Shown here one piece after another: positions 11,122-21,186 of a DNA stretch of 64,000 nt. Made by a program: the position numbers and the translations under genes. Origin of the DNA: Chloroflexota bacterium (GTDB lineage: Bacteria > Chloroflexota > Dehalococcoidia > UBA2247 > RBG-13-53-26); the NCBI GenBank assembly GCA_003551705.1, contig PUNJ01000037.1, forward strand, positions 2,605-66,604, in the 5' to 3' direction. A model generated the notes under the pieces. That model saw nothing but the letters and a program-made list of their open reading frames with translations. It had not been told where the DNA came from and did no database searches. Each line of letters opens with the position of its first letter. The first letter of the stretch is position 1.

Positions 11122-11934
11122 CTAGTCCCCTGCCTTCAAGGCCCTGGCCTTGAACCAGGTATAGAAATAGCTTCCATCAGGCGGAATTCCCGTTAGAGCG
11201 AGGTCTCCAATCCCCTGCCGCCACGTTTCGGGGTCGACCAGGCCCAAGTCCATTGCCCGGTCTTTGGCGGTCTCTACCATGGGTACCATAATCTTGTTGA
11301 CCAAGCCGTCCAAGAGTTTGGGATCTCCGCCATCTGCGTAGATCCATCTTGGCGCAACATACTCAACGTGATAACCGGCCGTGTTCAACAGGGAGTAAAG
11401 CCGGCGGCCTATGAGAGGATCATGCCCTAGTTCAGCCTGGGCTTGGACCAGGCTTCTCCACACCTTAAGGGATGCCGGTGTTTCAGGGTGCCAGAACGCT
11501 GAAGCATGGTCGCCTTCAATGACGGTCAGGGTGCCCCCCACTCTTAGGACCTTCTTCAGGGATGCCAGGGCCTGGATTGGGCTGTCTATGTGTTCCAGTA
11601 CAAAACAAACGAAGACATGATCGAACTCACCGGCTGCAAACGGCAGGTTCAAGATGTCACATTCGAGGAAATGCACGTTAGTGAGGCCGTTCTCTCTTGC
11701 CAGTATCCGGGCCTTCGCAACCGAGTCAGCACAGAAGTCTATCGAAGTAATCTGAGTGCCGGGATTTCTTCTGGACAGCACGATAGTTTGGGCACCCACA
11801 CCGCAACCTGCTTCGAGGACTCTGCTCCCGGGTGGATAAGCGGTACCTCCATGCAGGAGTTCTTCCAGGATGTATGACTGGTCGTGCAGCCTTTGGTTTT
11901 CACGCGTGGTATATCCATGGACATACTTGGTCAT
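11122..11934 (-). CDS. Class I SAM-dependent methyltransferase
   Basis: RVLEAGCGVG motif I, FDHVFVCFVLEH, LRVGG. Confidence 0.9.
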   Translation of the reverse strand: MTKYVHGYTTRENQRLHDQSYILEELLHGGTAYPPGSRVLEAGCGVGAQTIVLSRRNPGTQITSIDFCADSVAKARILARENGLTNVHFLECDILNLPFAAGEFDHVFVCFVLEHIDSPIQALASLKKVLRVGGTLTVIEGDHASAFWHPETPASLKVWRSLVQAQAELGHDPLIGRRLYSLLNTAGYHVEYVAPRWIYADGGDPKLLDGLVNKIMVPMVETAKDRAMDLGLVDPETWRQGIGDLALTGIPPDGSYFYTWFKARALKAGD

Positions 11935-11977
11935 TTAAGCGAAGTCCCAGCAGGAAAGTTGCACGCTCATTTTGATT

Positions 11978-12448
11978 TCAAGGTTTGTTCCCATTGTATC
12001 GGCGAACGAATTGAGCAAATTCATGTGCCAGGGAGGTAAGGTCACTGAATAATGACAGGCCTGCTTCGCAGACGCCCCAGACCATCAGGTTGGGCCGGTG
12101 CAGATCGCTGCCCGGAAGTGGTTGAGCACGCATATCTGTGATCAATCCGAACAGCTTCTTGCTCTTGGCAAAGGCGTATCCTAATTCAACGCTGGTTCCA
12201 CTGTCTACGTCCTGTCCATCCAGCATGGCCACAACTACGGCGGCTGAGTCTACGCTTGCCATATCCGCGTCGAAGACTTCATGACGCGATGAATCTCCAT
12301 CTAACTCAGGCGTGTCTCGGTGAGGCAGGAAGAAGTCATTCACCGGGTCAAGTCCAGCGGCGACGGCCAGAGTTTCCACCATACTTTCCAAGAAGGCTTG
12401 TTCCGCCTTGGAGAACAAGGGGCCTGCAATATAGACCAGTTTGGACAT
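11978..12448 (-). CDS. Nucleoside 2-deoxyribosyltransferase / nucleotide N-glycosidase family
   Basis: VYIAGPLF, FLPH, DSGTSVELGYA (catalytic Glu), NLM. Confidence 0.85.
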   Translation of the reverse strand: MSKLVYIAGPLFSKAEQAFLESMVETLAVAAGLDPVNDFFLPHRDTPELDGDSSRHEVFDADMASVDSAAVVVAMLDGQDVDSGTSVELGYAFAKSKKLFGLITDMRAQPLPGSDLHRPNLMVWGVCEAGLSLFSDLTSLAHEFAQFVRRYNGNKP

Positions 12449-12773
12449 AATACACAACCGCAAGCAGCGCTGAAGCCATTATACCGTGCAAAGGTCTGGT
12501 CGACCAATAAACAGAGAAGCAGCCTTTGTTTTGTTTAAGAACTTTTCCTACATCTGCGAGGCGAGTCAGGGCATGGCTTGGTATCTATTTGGTTATGCGC
12601 ATATGGCTGTGCCAGCATAACTACAATTCTTATCTTGAATAACTACGTTGTGGTATTCCAACGAAGATATTCGTCCGATAGGATATGCACTAGCAGTTGG
12701 GCAATAATCTACCCGGTATAGCCAATGAGCTAGCACGGAAGTTGTGCTTCTGGACCAGGATGTGAGGTGTGGA

Positions 12774-14177
12774 ATGATTTCAAGCAGCATTAAGAACGAA
12801 GAAGTCCTTGCATTGGATGAAGAGGTGGAGGCTCCCGACAGTGTTGAAGAGGCCGACGAACCAACAGAGAGCGATGGCAAGACGGGCTCAGAGACCCTTG
12901 ACGACCTCGTTGGGCTCTATTTTGCCGAATCGGGACGGACTCCCCTACTCACTGCCGAGGAAGAAAAATGGCTCGGCATCCAGATTGAGGAAGGCAAGTA
13001 TTTGGAGCAGCACGAACGGACATGGGGCGACCTTCACGGCATCCCCGCAGCAGGTGGTTACCTCGTAAGAAGCATAGCTGAAGACTTCTGCCGGGAACCA
13101 TCGCTCTTTGATGCCTTGTGTCGCGACATCGAGCTGTCTGCTCAGGAAAACATTATCAACAAGACCAGCGATCCGGCCTTTCGTCAGGCCATTGATGGGC
13201 TGATCGATCCACAGATGTCAGGTCGTCTTGCCGAGATTACAGGTTTGAGCGAAGAGGATGCCGTCAACGCCCTGGTGAGATTATCCCTAGCCAGCCGGTT
13301 ACTGCCGTGGAGTTTGCTCCCTGGAGCGGGCGAATGCAGGTGCGTAAGAGATTTCTCCGAATTGCTGCATACTGAAACCATGGACCAGGTATTGCAGAAC
13401 ACGGCTGGCGAGCTTTGGCTGCATTTCGATCGGGTCAGAGAACGAGCCCATCGGGCGTCCAACCATCTGGTTGAGGCAAACCTTCGTTTGGTCATCAGCA
13501 TGGTCAAGAAAAGATACAGGTCCTATGGTGTCTCGTTTCTTGATCTCATCCAGGAAGGAAATATGGGGCTGATCCATGCAGTAAGTAAATTCGACCATCG
13601 GCGGGGTTACAAATTCAGTACTTATGCCACTTGGTGGATACGCCAGTCGATAAATCGGGCCATAGCCCAGCAATCACGAGTAGTGAGATTGCCTGTACAC
13701 ATGGCTGAGATCATGACCAAGCTGGCACGCGCTACACAGGTTTTGGGCCAGGAATTCGGTCGCCGGCCGACCACGGAAGAGCTTGCTTCGGAAATGGGAG
13801 TTCCATCCGATAAAGTGGACTGGGCCATGAAAGCCAGTATCGGCGAGCCCGTATCTCTTGAGACCATCGTCGGCAAGGACGGTGAGGGCAGCAAGCTGGA
13901 AGACCTTATTGAGGACAGGACAAGACTCTCGCCTGAAGATGAAGTGGCCGAAGCCACTCTAAGGGAAGTGGTCAGAAATGCTGTGTCGTCGCTGCCGCCC
14001 CGTGAATCCAAGATTATCGAACTCAGGTTCGGACTTGTTGACGGCCACAGTCGAACTCTTGAAGAGATAGGCGATGAGTTTGGCATAACGAGAGAGAGGG
14101 CACGGCAGATAGAGCGAGAGGCTCTCCGGAAATTGCGGCATCCCAGTCGTAGTCAGAGTCTGCGCACTTACCTGTAG
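12774..14177 (+). CDS. RpoD/RpoS-like sigma-70 factor lacking region 1.1 (group 2-like)
   Basis: Region 1.2 PLLTAEEE, region 2 EANLRLV..DLIQEGNMGL..GYKFSTYATWWIRQ, region 4 RTLEEIG..ITRERARQIE. Confidence 0.92.
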   Translation: MISSSIKNEEVLALDEEVEAPDSVEEADEPTESDGKTGSETLDDLVGLYFAESGRTPLLTAEEEKWLGIQIEEGKYLEQHERTWGDLHGIPAAGGYLVRSIAEDFCREPSLFDALCRDIELSAQENIINKTSDPAFRQAIDGLIDPQMSGRLAEITGLSEEDAVNALVRLSLASRLLPWSLLPGAGECRCVRDFSELLHTETMDQVLQNTAGELWLHFDRVRERAHRASNHLVEANLRLVISMVKKRYRSYGVSFLDLIQEGNMGLIHAVSKFDHRRGYKFSTYATWWIRQSINRAIAQQSRVVRLPVHMAEIMTKLARATQVLGQEFGRRPTTEELASEMGVPSDKVDWAMKASIGEPVSLETIVGKDGEGSKLEDLIEDRTRLSPEDEVAEATLREVVRNAVSSLPPRESKIIELRFGLVDGHSRTLEEIGDEFGITRERARQIEREALRKLRHPSRSQSLRTYL

Positions 14178-14213
14178 CAAGTTCGTCTTGGCTGGCTATA
14201 GAAAGGAGGACGA

Positions 14214-14663
14214 TTGTTTGAGACCATAATGGTCTGTCTCGACGGATCCAAACTATCAGAACAAGTATTACCCTACGCAAGTGAAATAGCTGCCCGGTTT
14301 GGCAGTAAGATCGTACTCTTTCGGGGTATTACCTATTTGCCCGGGATAACGGTTGAAACGGAGACTGAGGGAACTGCCACAGCGATAGAAGCATCAAGGC
14401 ATGAAGAAGAAGAAGCGAGGGAGGACCTGGCCCAGAAAGCTGCGCAGCTAGGCAAGCGAGGTCTCGAAGTGGAGGTAAGTACGGTGCGTGGAATTCCGGA
14501 GGAGGTTATCGTCGAGTTTGTCGAGACTATGTCTATCGACCTGATAGCGATGACCACTCACGGTCGTACCGGTGTCGGCCGGGCGTTCTATGGCAGTGTT
14601 GCCGACCATGTGGTGAGGAACGCGGCGCGGCCGGTGCTGATAATAAGACCCGTCAGCGCTTAG
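14214..14663 (+). CDS. Universal stress protein
   Basis: IMVCLDGS, IDLIAMTTHGRTG...GSVADHVVR..PVLII; AGGAGG SD. Confidence 0.92.
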   Translation: MFETIMVCLDGSKLSEQVLPYASEIAARFGSKIVLFRGITYLPGITVETETEGTATAIEASRHEEEEAREDLAQKAAQLGKRGLEVEVSTVRGIPEEVIVEFVETMSIDLIAMTTHGRTGVGRAFYGSVADHVVRNAARPVLIIRPVSA

Positions 14664-14814
14664 TATTTTCCAAGCTTCTTGCAGATAGCTCTTTTTACGT
14701 GTCCAAATACCAATTCCACGGTATTTGTTGGCAGGCGCCGTTAGGCTACCATCCAATCATCCAAGTTATAGGCTTCCGCCGGAGCTAACGTGTTCAGTGG
14801 AAAGCGAGAGGTAT

Positions 14815-17208
14815 ATGCAAACAAGAGCAGCGAGCATTAAATGGTTCGAAAAACTGGCAGTAAAGGACGTGCCCGATGTCGGGGGCAAGAACGCAGCTCT
14901 GGGTGAGATGATTCGAAGCTTGAAAAACAAGGGCATCCAAGTGCCTGACGGCTTTGCCACCACGGCTAGTGCTTACAGAGAGTTCGTGGAGGCCAACAAC
15001 CTGAAATCGCGCATGGAAGCGCTTCTTGAGGACCTGGAGCGGGGCAAGCAGCAATTAGCTTCTGTAGGCAGAGCGATACGACAACTCTTCCTGCAGTCCG
15101 AATTTCCCCACGAGACAGCGGAAGAGATTCGCCGTGCGTACCGTGAGTTGAGCAGGCAGTATGATGTCGATGAGGTTAGTGTAGCTGTCAGAAGCAGTGC
15201 TACGGCGGAAGACTTGCCCGATGCAAGCTTCGCCGGACAGCAAGAGACCTATTTGAACGTGATGGGGGAACAAGAACTACTGGAGGCTTGTCGAAAATGT
15301 TATGCCTCCCTCTTCACCGATCGAGCTATAGCGTATCGTACCGATAAGGGGTTTGATCACCTGGCGATTGCTCTGTCTGTCGGTGTCCAAAAAATGGTTC
15401 GCTCCGACATAGCCAGTTCCGGAGTGATATTCACCATAGACCCTGATACAGGCTTCCCTCGGGTCATTGTCATCAATTCCTCTTGGGGTTTGGGCGAAAG
15501 CGTAGTCCAGGGAGTTGTCAACCCTGATGAGTTCGTGGTCTTCAAACCATTGCTTGGCAACAGGAGCATTAAACCCATATTGGGCAAGACCTTGGGCACA
15601 AAGGAAACTAAGCTGATATATGCCGAAGCTGATGGTGCCAGGACGGTAAGAGTTGATACGCCGGAGCGGGAGAGCCTGGTCTTTTCTCTGGAAGATGACG
15701 AGGTAATGCAGTTGAGCCAATGGGCCTTTGACATAGAGGAGCACTTCAGCAGGCCGATGGATATCGAGTGGACCAAGGACGGTGAAACTGGAGAGTTGTT
15801 TATAGTGCAGGCTCGGCCTGAGACTGTCCAGTCTCGCAAGGGTTTGACCTCTCTCAAGACCTACGCGTTGAAAGAACGCGGGACAATCCTGGTAGAGGGC
15901 TTGAGCATTGGCAGCGCCATCACCGCCGCGAAGGCCAATGTTATAGAGAATGTCAAGGAAATCAACCGCTTTCAGGATGGAGCGATCTTGGTGACCAAGA
16001 TGACGGACCCTGACTGGGTCCCGATCATGAAACGTGCAGCGGGCATTATCACCGACTTGGGCGGGCGTACCTCTCATGCGGCCATCGTTAGCCGAGAACT
16101 GGGAATACCTGCCGTGGTGGGCACAGGTAATGCCGTCGAGGTTATTCAAGATGGTCAGGAAATAACCCTTTCGTGTGCTGAAGATGATGTAGGTCATGTC
16201 TATGATGGGATTCTGCCCTATCAGGAAACAGACGTGGACCTGACAGACTTGCCGGAAACACGGACCAAGATAATGCTGAACATAGCCAGTCCGGCAGGAG
16301 CCTTTGGTTGGTGGCGCCTGCCTGCAGAAGGTATAGGTTTGGCCCGCATGGAGTTCATAATCAATAACATCATCAAAGTCCATCCAATGGCGCTTATACG
16401 GTACCCTGACCTTAAGGACCGTGAAGCGGTGGAGGCGATTCGAGAGTTAAGCAAGAGCTATGAGGACAAGTCAGAGTATTTTGTGCACCTTCTTTCCGAC
16501 GGCATAGCCAAGATCGCGGCTGCCCAATATCCATATCCAGTTATCGTTCGTATGAGTGATTTCAAGACCAATGAGTATGCAAATCTTATTGGCGGAGAGG
16601 AGTTCGAACCCAAAGAGGAAAACCCCATGCTGGGCTTCCGTGGGGCCTCTCGTTATTACAGCGATCTCTACAAGGAAGGCTTTGCCCTGGAATGCAGGGC
16701 AATAAAGAGGGCTCGTGAAGAGATCGGTCTTAGCAACATACTGATCATGATTCCTTTTTGCAGGTCACCGGAGGAGGCCGACAAGGTCTTTGAAGTCTTG
16801 GAAGAAAATGGTCTAAGAAAGGGTGATAAGGGTCTGGAAGTATACGTAATGGCAGAAGTCCCGTCTAATATAACACTGGCGGACCAGTTCGCGACCAAGT
16901 TTGACGGCCTTTCCATTGGTTCCAACGATCTTACACAGTTGGTACTGGGAGTGGACAGAGATTCAGCACAACTTGCCGGGCTTTTCGACGAAAATCATGA
17001 AGCGATCAGAAGGACCGTCAGTCATTTGATAAAGGAAGCGCGCCGGTACGGGCGCAAGGTTGGGATATGCGGACAGGCACCCAGTGATTTCCCCGAGTTT
17101 GCGGTCTTCTTGGTGAAAGAAGGGATAGATTCCATCTCGTTGAATCCGGACACGGTAGTAAGTGCCAAACAACGCATAGCCCAGGCTGAAAAGGAAATGG
17201 GTAGGTGA
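14815..17208 (+). CDS. ppsA: Phosphoenolpyruvate synthase
   Basis: VGGKNA, VAVRSSATAEDLPDASFAGQQETYLN, GGRTSHAAIVSRELG (phospho-His), SIGSNDLTQL, GICGQAPSD. Confidence 0.96.
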   Translation: MQTRAASIKWFEKLAVKDVPDVGGKNAALGEMIRSLKNKGIQVPDGFATTASAYREFVEANNLKSRMEALLEDLERGKQQLASVGRAIRQLFLQSEFPHETAEEIRRAYRELSRQYDVDEVSVAVRSSATAEDLPDASFAGQQETYLNVMGEQELLEACRKCYASLFTDRAIAYRTDKGFDHLAIALSVGVQKMVRSDIASSGVIFTIDPDTGFPRVIVINSSWGLGESVVQGVVNPDEFVVFKPLLGNRSIKPILGKTLGTKETKLIYAEADGARTVRVDTPERESLVFSLEDDEVMQLSQWAFDIEEHFSRPMDIEWTKDGETGELFIVQARPETVQSRKGLTSLKTYALKERGTILVEGLSIGSAITAAKANVIENVKEINRFQDGAILVTKMTDPDWVPIMKRAAGIITDLGGRTSHAAIVSRELGIPAVVGTGNAVEVIQDGQEITLSCAEDDVGHVYDGILPYQETDVDLTDLPETRTKIMLNIASPAGAFGWWRLPAEGIGLARMEFIINNIIKVHPMALIRYPDLKDREAVEAIRELSKSYEDKSEYFVHLLSDGIAKIAAAQYPYPVIVRMSDFKTNEYANLIGGEEFEPKEENPMLGFRGASRYYSDLYKEGFALECRAIKRAREEIGLSNILIMIPFCRSPEEADKVFEVLEENGLRKGDKGLEVYVMAEVPSNITLADQFATKFDGLSIGSNDLTQLVLGVDRDSAQLAGLFDENHEAIRRTVSHLIKEARRYGRKVGICGQAPSDFPEFAVFLVKEGIDSISLNPDTVVSAKQRIAQAEKEMGR

Positions 17209-17243
17209 TCAGACAGACATCCCCGGTGCAGGAGGAGGACAAA

Positions 17244-17396
17244 ATGGATATCCAGGTAAGTGGTTTTGTTGCAGGAATAATAAGTGTGGTCGTGGGCATC
17301 GTAGTCATAATCTGGCCCAGATTTCTGGCCATAATCGTTGGTCTATACCTCATCGTTATCGGCGGCCTTGCCATCTGGAATTCAATTGGGGACTAA
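17244..17396 (+). CDS. Small two-TM membrane protein (DUF3096-like)
   Basis: GIVVIIWPRFLAIIVGLYLIVIG; strong GGAGGAGG SD. Confidence 0.75.
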   Translation: MDIQVSGFVAGIISVVVGIVVIIWPRFLAIIVGLYLIVIGGLAIWNSIGD

Positions 17397-17422
17397 GGGA
17401 CTGAAGGGGGAATGTATCTGTC

Positions 17423-18220
17423 ATGCCGAGGGCGTTCTGGAAAGGGGCTATTAGCTTTGGAATGGTGGTAATCCCGGTGAGGATGTACACGGCCACGCAA
17501 AGAAGCACGCCCAGCTTTCGCATTCTGCATGCCAAATGTCATACCCGGCCCCGGCAAGTCTGGTATTGTCCCGTGGATGACGAGTATTTCACGGTTAGAG
17601 AGACCGTGCGTGGGTATGAGTATACGCGAGATAGGTACGTGGTTATGACAGACGAAGATTTTGAAAAAGTGAGTCTGCCTTCGACCCATGCCATCGACAT
17701 CAAGGGGTTCGTAAAGTTTGACGAGATAGACCCTATATACTACTACGATACCCACTACTTGGAACCGGAGAAGCTGGGAATTAAGCCGTTCTCACTTCTG
17801 AGACAGGCGCTGCTGAATACCGCGCGGGTTGGTATCGCTAAGGTGACCTTCCAGAGGCGGGAGCACTTGACCTGTCTCAGGCCGGCAAACGGGACCTTGT
17901 ATTTACACACACTACATTACATAGATGAGTTACGCTCAAAAGTTGAATTAACCGAGGCAGCACAAGAGGCCGGCACGGAGGAATTGGAATTAGCCGCCTC
18001 GCTTGTAAACGCCATGGCCACAAGTTTTCGTCCCGAAGATCACAGGGATGAGTATAGTTTTGCCCTGCACCAGGTGATCGAAGCCAAGCTCAAGGGCGAG
18101 GAGTTCAAGGTGCCGCCGCCGGAAAAGGTTGAGATCCCAGACCTCATGAATGCCTTGCGGCGCAGCATAGAGGAAGCCGAGAAACGGGCTGCTGATAGGG
18201 AAACCACGCCGGCGAAGTAA
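17423..18220 (+). CDS. ku: NHEJ DNA end-binding protein Ku
   Basis: RAFWKGAISFGMVVIPV, VRGYE, IDPIYY, DLMNALRRS. Confidence 0.95.
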   Translation: MPRAFWKGAISFGMVVIPVRMYTATQRSTPSFRILHAKCHTRPRQVWYCPVDDEYFTVRETVRGYEYTRDRYVVMTDEDFEKVSLPSTHAIDIKGFVKFDEIDPIYYYDTHYLEPEKLGIKPFSLLRQALLNTARVGIAKVTFQRREHLTCLRPANGTLYLHTLHYIDELRSKVELTEAAQEAGTEELELAASLVNAMATSFRPEDHRDEYSFALHQVIEAKLKGEEFKVPPPEKVEIPDLMNALRRSIEEAEKRAADRETTPAK

Positions 18221-18246
18221 ATTGCTTCGAGTAAGGGAAGTGATCT

Positions 18247-19899
18247 ATGGGTCAAGAGCGTACCTCAGGTACAGAGCAGTACCGCGCCAGGCGTGACTTC
18301 GATCGTACTCCCGAACCAGTTCCTGAAGGTTCCGGGAGTGACCAAGGCCCGCTGATGTTCGTAGTCCACAAACATGCAGCACGCCGCCTCCACTTTGACT
18401 TCCGGCTTGAGGTGGATGGTGTTCTCAAATCTTGGGCCGTTCCCAGCGGTCCATCACGCGACCCAAAGGTCAAACGATTGGCCGTGATGGTGGAGGACCA
18501 TCCCTTGGAGTATGGCTCCTTCGAGGGTGTAATACCACTTGGTGAATATGGGGCGGGCTCAGTCATTGTCTGGGATCGGGGTACCTATTTTCCGGAAGAG
18601 AAGGGCGAACTCTTTTCTGAAGACCGGGACGAAGCCGAGGAGAGGATGAGGCGTGGGCTGGCAGAAGGCAAACTGTCCTTCTATCTGCGCGGCTCGAGAC
18701 TAAAGGGTTCCTGGACTCTGGTCCAAATGCGGACAAGGGGTGAGGCAAACTGGCTTCTCATAAAACACCATGACGATTTTGCCCGGGCAGGAGAAGATGC
18801 TCCTTACGAAAATACCTCTGTGGTGTCCGGGATGGATACTAATGATCTCAAGGCTAAGGGGTCCTCAAATCCCAAACATGTCGGCCTTGGTGAGATGAAA
18901 GGCGTGCGGCAAGCTGCCTTTCCTGGGACTGTTGCGCCGATGCGGGCAACACTGGTCGAGACACCGCCCTCGGGGCCAGGTTGGGCCATAGAACCCAAAC
19001 TTGACGGTTATCGCACTCTGGCTTGCATCCGGCAAGGAAAGGTCAAGTTGCTATCCCGGCGAGGTTTGGACACAACCGGCGATTACCCCCATGTAGTTGA
19101 GCACCTTCACCAGCAGCCCGTTTCTCAAATGGTGCTGGATGGGGAAATGGTGGCCCTGGATGAAGAAGGTGTGCCCGACTTCCAGCTCTTGCAGAGAAGC
19201 GCCGGACTTGCTGCAACAGGCAGCGAAGAGGTCTCTGCGGCCATAGTCTACTATGTTTTCGATATCCTCTACCTTGATGGCTACGATCTTACTGGTGTCC
19301 AGCTACAGGAGAGGCGAGAGATACTGGAGGAAGTGTTAGCGCCAACGGAGCGGGTAAGGTTGGTCGAACAGTTTACAGGAGATCCCAGGGCGGTATTTGA
19401 CAGTTTCAGGCACTTTGGGCTGGAGGGCATAATAGTCAAGAAGCAGGACAGTGTATACGAGAGCGGGCGAAGGTCCAGAAAATGGACCAAGCTTAAATCC
19501 ACGCTTAGTGAAGATTTTGTCGTAGGCGGGTTCACCCACGGCCTGGGTACGCGTGCTCATACCTTCGGGGCATTGCTGCTTGGGTACCACGACGATACCG
19601 GACACTTGCGATATGCGGGCAGTGTGGGTAGCGGCTTTGACGACTGTACACTGGCAGGTCTCCGAAAACGGCTTGATACCCTTATTGAACCACAACCGCC
19701 TTTCGGGCGAGTTCCCCCGGTACCGGGAGATAAGACCTGGGTGCGCCCTGAAATAGTCGTGGAAGTCAAATACAATCAGTGGACACGTGCCGGATACCTG
19801 CGCGCCCCCGTTTTCCTGCGTGTTCGAGATGACAAACAAGCAAGCGAGGTCCGCTTCGAAACACCTTCATCTCCAGTATCTGCAGCGAGATTTTTCTAA
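18247..19899 (+). CDS. ligD: LigD: 3'-phosphoesterase plus ATP-dependent ligase domains
   Basis: KHAARRLHFDFRLE..LKSWAVP..VEDHPLEY (PE); EPKLDGYR, LDGE, FDIL, EGIIVK, WTKLK, LRAPVF (ligase). Confidence 0.93.
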   Translation: MGQERTSGTEQYRARRDFDRTPEPVPEGSGSDQGPLMFVVHKHAARRLHFDFRLEVDGVLKSWAVPSGPSRDPKVKRLAVMVEDHPLEYGSFEGVIPLGEYGAGSVIVWDRGTYFPEEKGELFSEDRDEAEERMRRGLAEGKLSFYLRGSRLKGSWTLVQMRTRGEANWLLIKHHDDFARAGEDAPYENTSVVSGMDTNDLKAKGSSNPKHVGLGEMKGVRQAAFPGTVAPMRATLVETPPSGPGWAIEPKLDGYRTLACIRQGKVKLLSRRGLDTTGDYPHVVEHLHQQPVSQMVLDGEMVALDEEGVPDFQLLQRSAGLAATGSEEVSAAIVYYVFDILYLDGYDLTGVQLQERREILEEVLAPTERVRLVEQFTGDPRAVFDSFRHFGLEGIIVKKQDSVYESGRRSRKWTKLKSTLSEDFVVGGFTHGLGTRAHTFGALLLGYHDDTGHLRYAGSVGSGFDDCTLAGLRKRLDTLIEPQPPFGRVPPVPGDKTWVRPEIVVEVKYNQWTRAGYLRAPVFLRVRDDKQASEVRFETPSSPVSAARFF

Positions 19900-19908
19900 G
19901 GAGGCGGA

Positions 19909-21012
19909 ATGAATCCCGACGACACTCAAGTTGCGTCTATTCTGGATCAGCTTGCAGAACCTAGACGGAATCTCTTGTTGGAAGTTGAGGGTTGCCAGAT
20001 ATCCCTGAGCAATCTCGACAAGGAGTTCTGGCCAGCCAGGCATGGACCTCGACCTCTTACCAAGCGAGACTTGCTGGTCTATTTGACCCGCACGTCTGGA
20101 TGTCTTCTGCATCACCTTCGTGATCGCCCTTTGACGCTGACTCGCTATCCAGATGGTATGCACGGTGAGCACTTCTACCAAAAACATTGGAACCACAGCA
20201 TACCGGAGTTTGTAAATACTGTGGCTGTCTACTCAGAAAGCAAGGCCGAATTCCGGGACTATCTTCTCTGCAACAACCTGGCCACGCTGCTCTGGTTGGG
20301 ACAAATTGCCAACCTGGAATTTCACACGTGGTACTCGCGTATTAAGTCTGGAGCTGATGTTGAGATGGTCCTTGGTAAGGATGCCGAAGCAAATGATATT
20401 CTCAACTACCCAGATTTCATCGTGTTTGACCTGGACCCGTATATCTATTCCGGAGAAGAGGCTGAGGGGGATGAACCCCAGTTGAACCGCATTGCTTATG
20501 CCCGGACCTGCGAAGCTGCCCACCGGCTGAGACAGATACTCGACTCGTTAAGGATGTCTTCATTCGTGAAAACTTCGGGGCGCACCGGGCTCCACATATA
20601 CGTGCCCATAGTCAGGAGGTTTGATTTTGATGCGGTCCGGTCTGTTGCGGAGAACATTGGACGGGCACTCGTAGGGCTATACCCACAAGAAATCACCATG
20701 GAATGGTCCGTGGTGAAGCGCACCGGCAAGGTTTTCTTTGACTACAATCAGAATGTTCGTGGCAAGACGCTGGCTTCGGTATATTCGCCCCGACCTGCCC
20801 CTGACGGGGCTGTCTCCATGCCCTTACGCTGGGAAGACCTGGATACCGTATATCCCACGGACTTCACATTGCTGACGGTACCGGCAAGGTTGGAGGAGGT
20901 GGGGGACATATGGAGATACATCCTGGAACATCGTTGCAACCTGCAAGATCTGGCTGAGGCAGGCAGCCTTGACCGGTCAGGTTCGACAGCCGGTAGCCTG
21001 ATGAAGGAATAA
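19909..21012 (+). CDS. Stand-alone LigD polymerase (PolDom, AEP family)
   Basis: LSNLDK, RYPDG, FYQKH, FDLDP, KTSGRTGLH, FFDYNQN..YSPR. Confidence 0.93.
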   Translation: MNPDDTQVASILDQLAEPRRNLLLEVEGCQISLSNLDKEFWPARHGPRPLTKRDLLVYLTRTSGCLLHHLRDRPLTLTRYPDGMHGEHFYQKHWNHSIPEFVNTVAVYSESKAEFRDYLLCNNLATLLWLGQIANLEFHTWYSRIKSGADVEMVLGKDAEANDILNYPDFIVFDLDPYIYSGEEAEGDEPQLNRIAYARTCEAAHRLRQILDSLRMSSFVKTSGRTGLHIYVPIVRRFDFDAVRSVAENIGRALVGLYPQEITMEWSVVKRTGKVFFDYNQNVRGKTLASVYSPRPAPDGAVSMPLRWEDLDTVYPTDFTLLTVPARLEEVGDIWRYILEHRCNLQDLAEAGSLDRSGSTAGSLMKE

Positions 21013-21186
21013 CACTTTTCCCATATCATAATACCGCCATGTGGGTATACCGTTCAGGTCGGCCTGAGGAGTATTATTCCTGTGTCTGGGAATTCGTTTC
21101 CTATTTCACAAATGACTGGGCGTGGCAGTCTTATCACCCAACACCGGTGATTCGTGCACGTTGCCAGGCGAAGAAGGAGGCTATTC

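Noticed and set aside
15277-16383. 368-aa antisense ORF (also 23009-23776, 31054-32007, 34065-34841, 41103-41843 and others)
   Set aside because: All lie opposite well-conserved genes, have no recognisable motifs or SD, and are expected shadows of codon bias.
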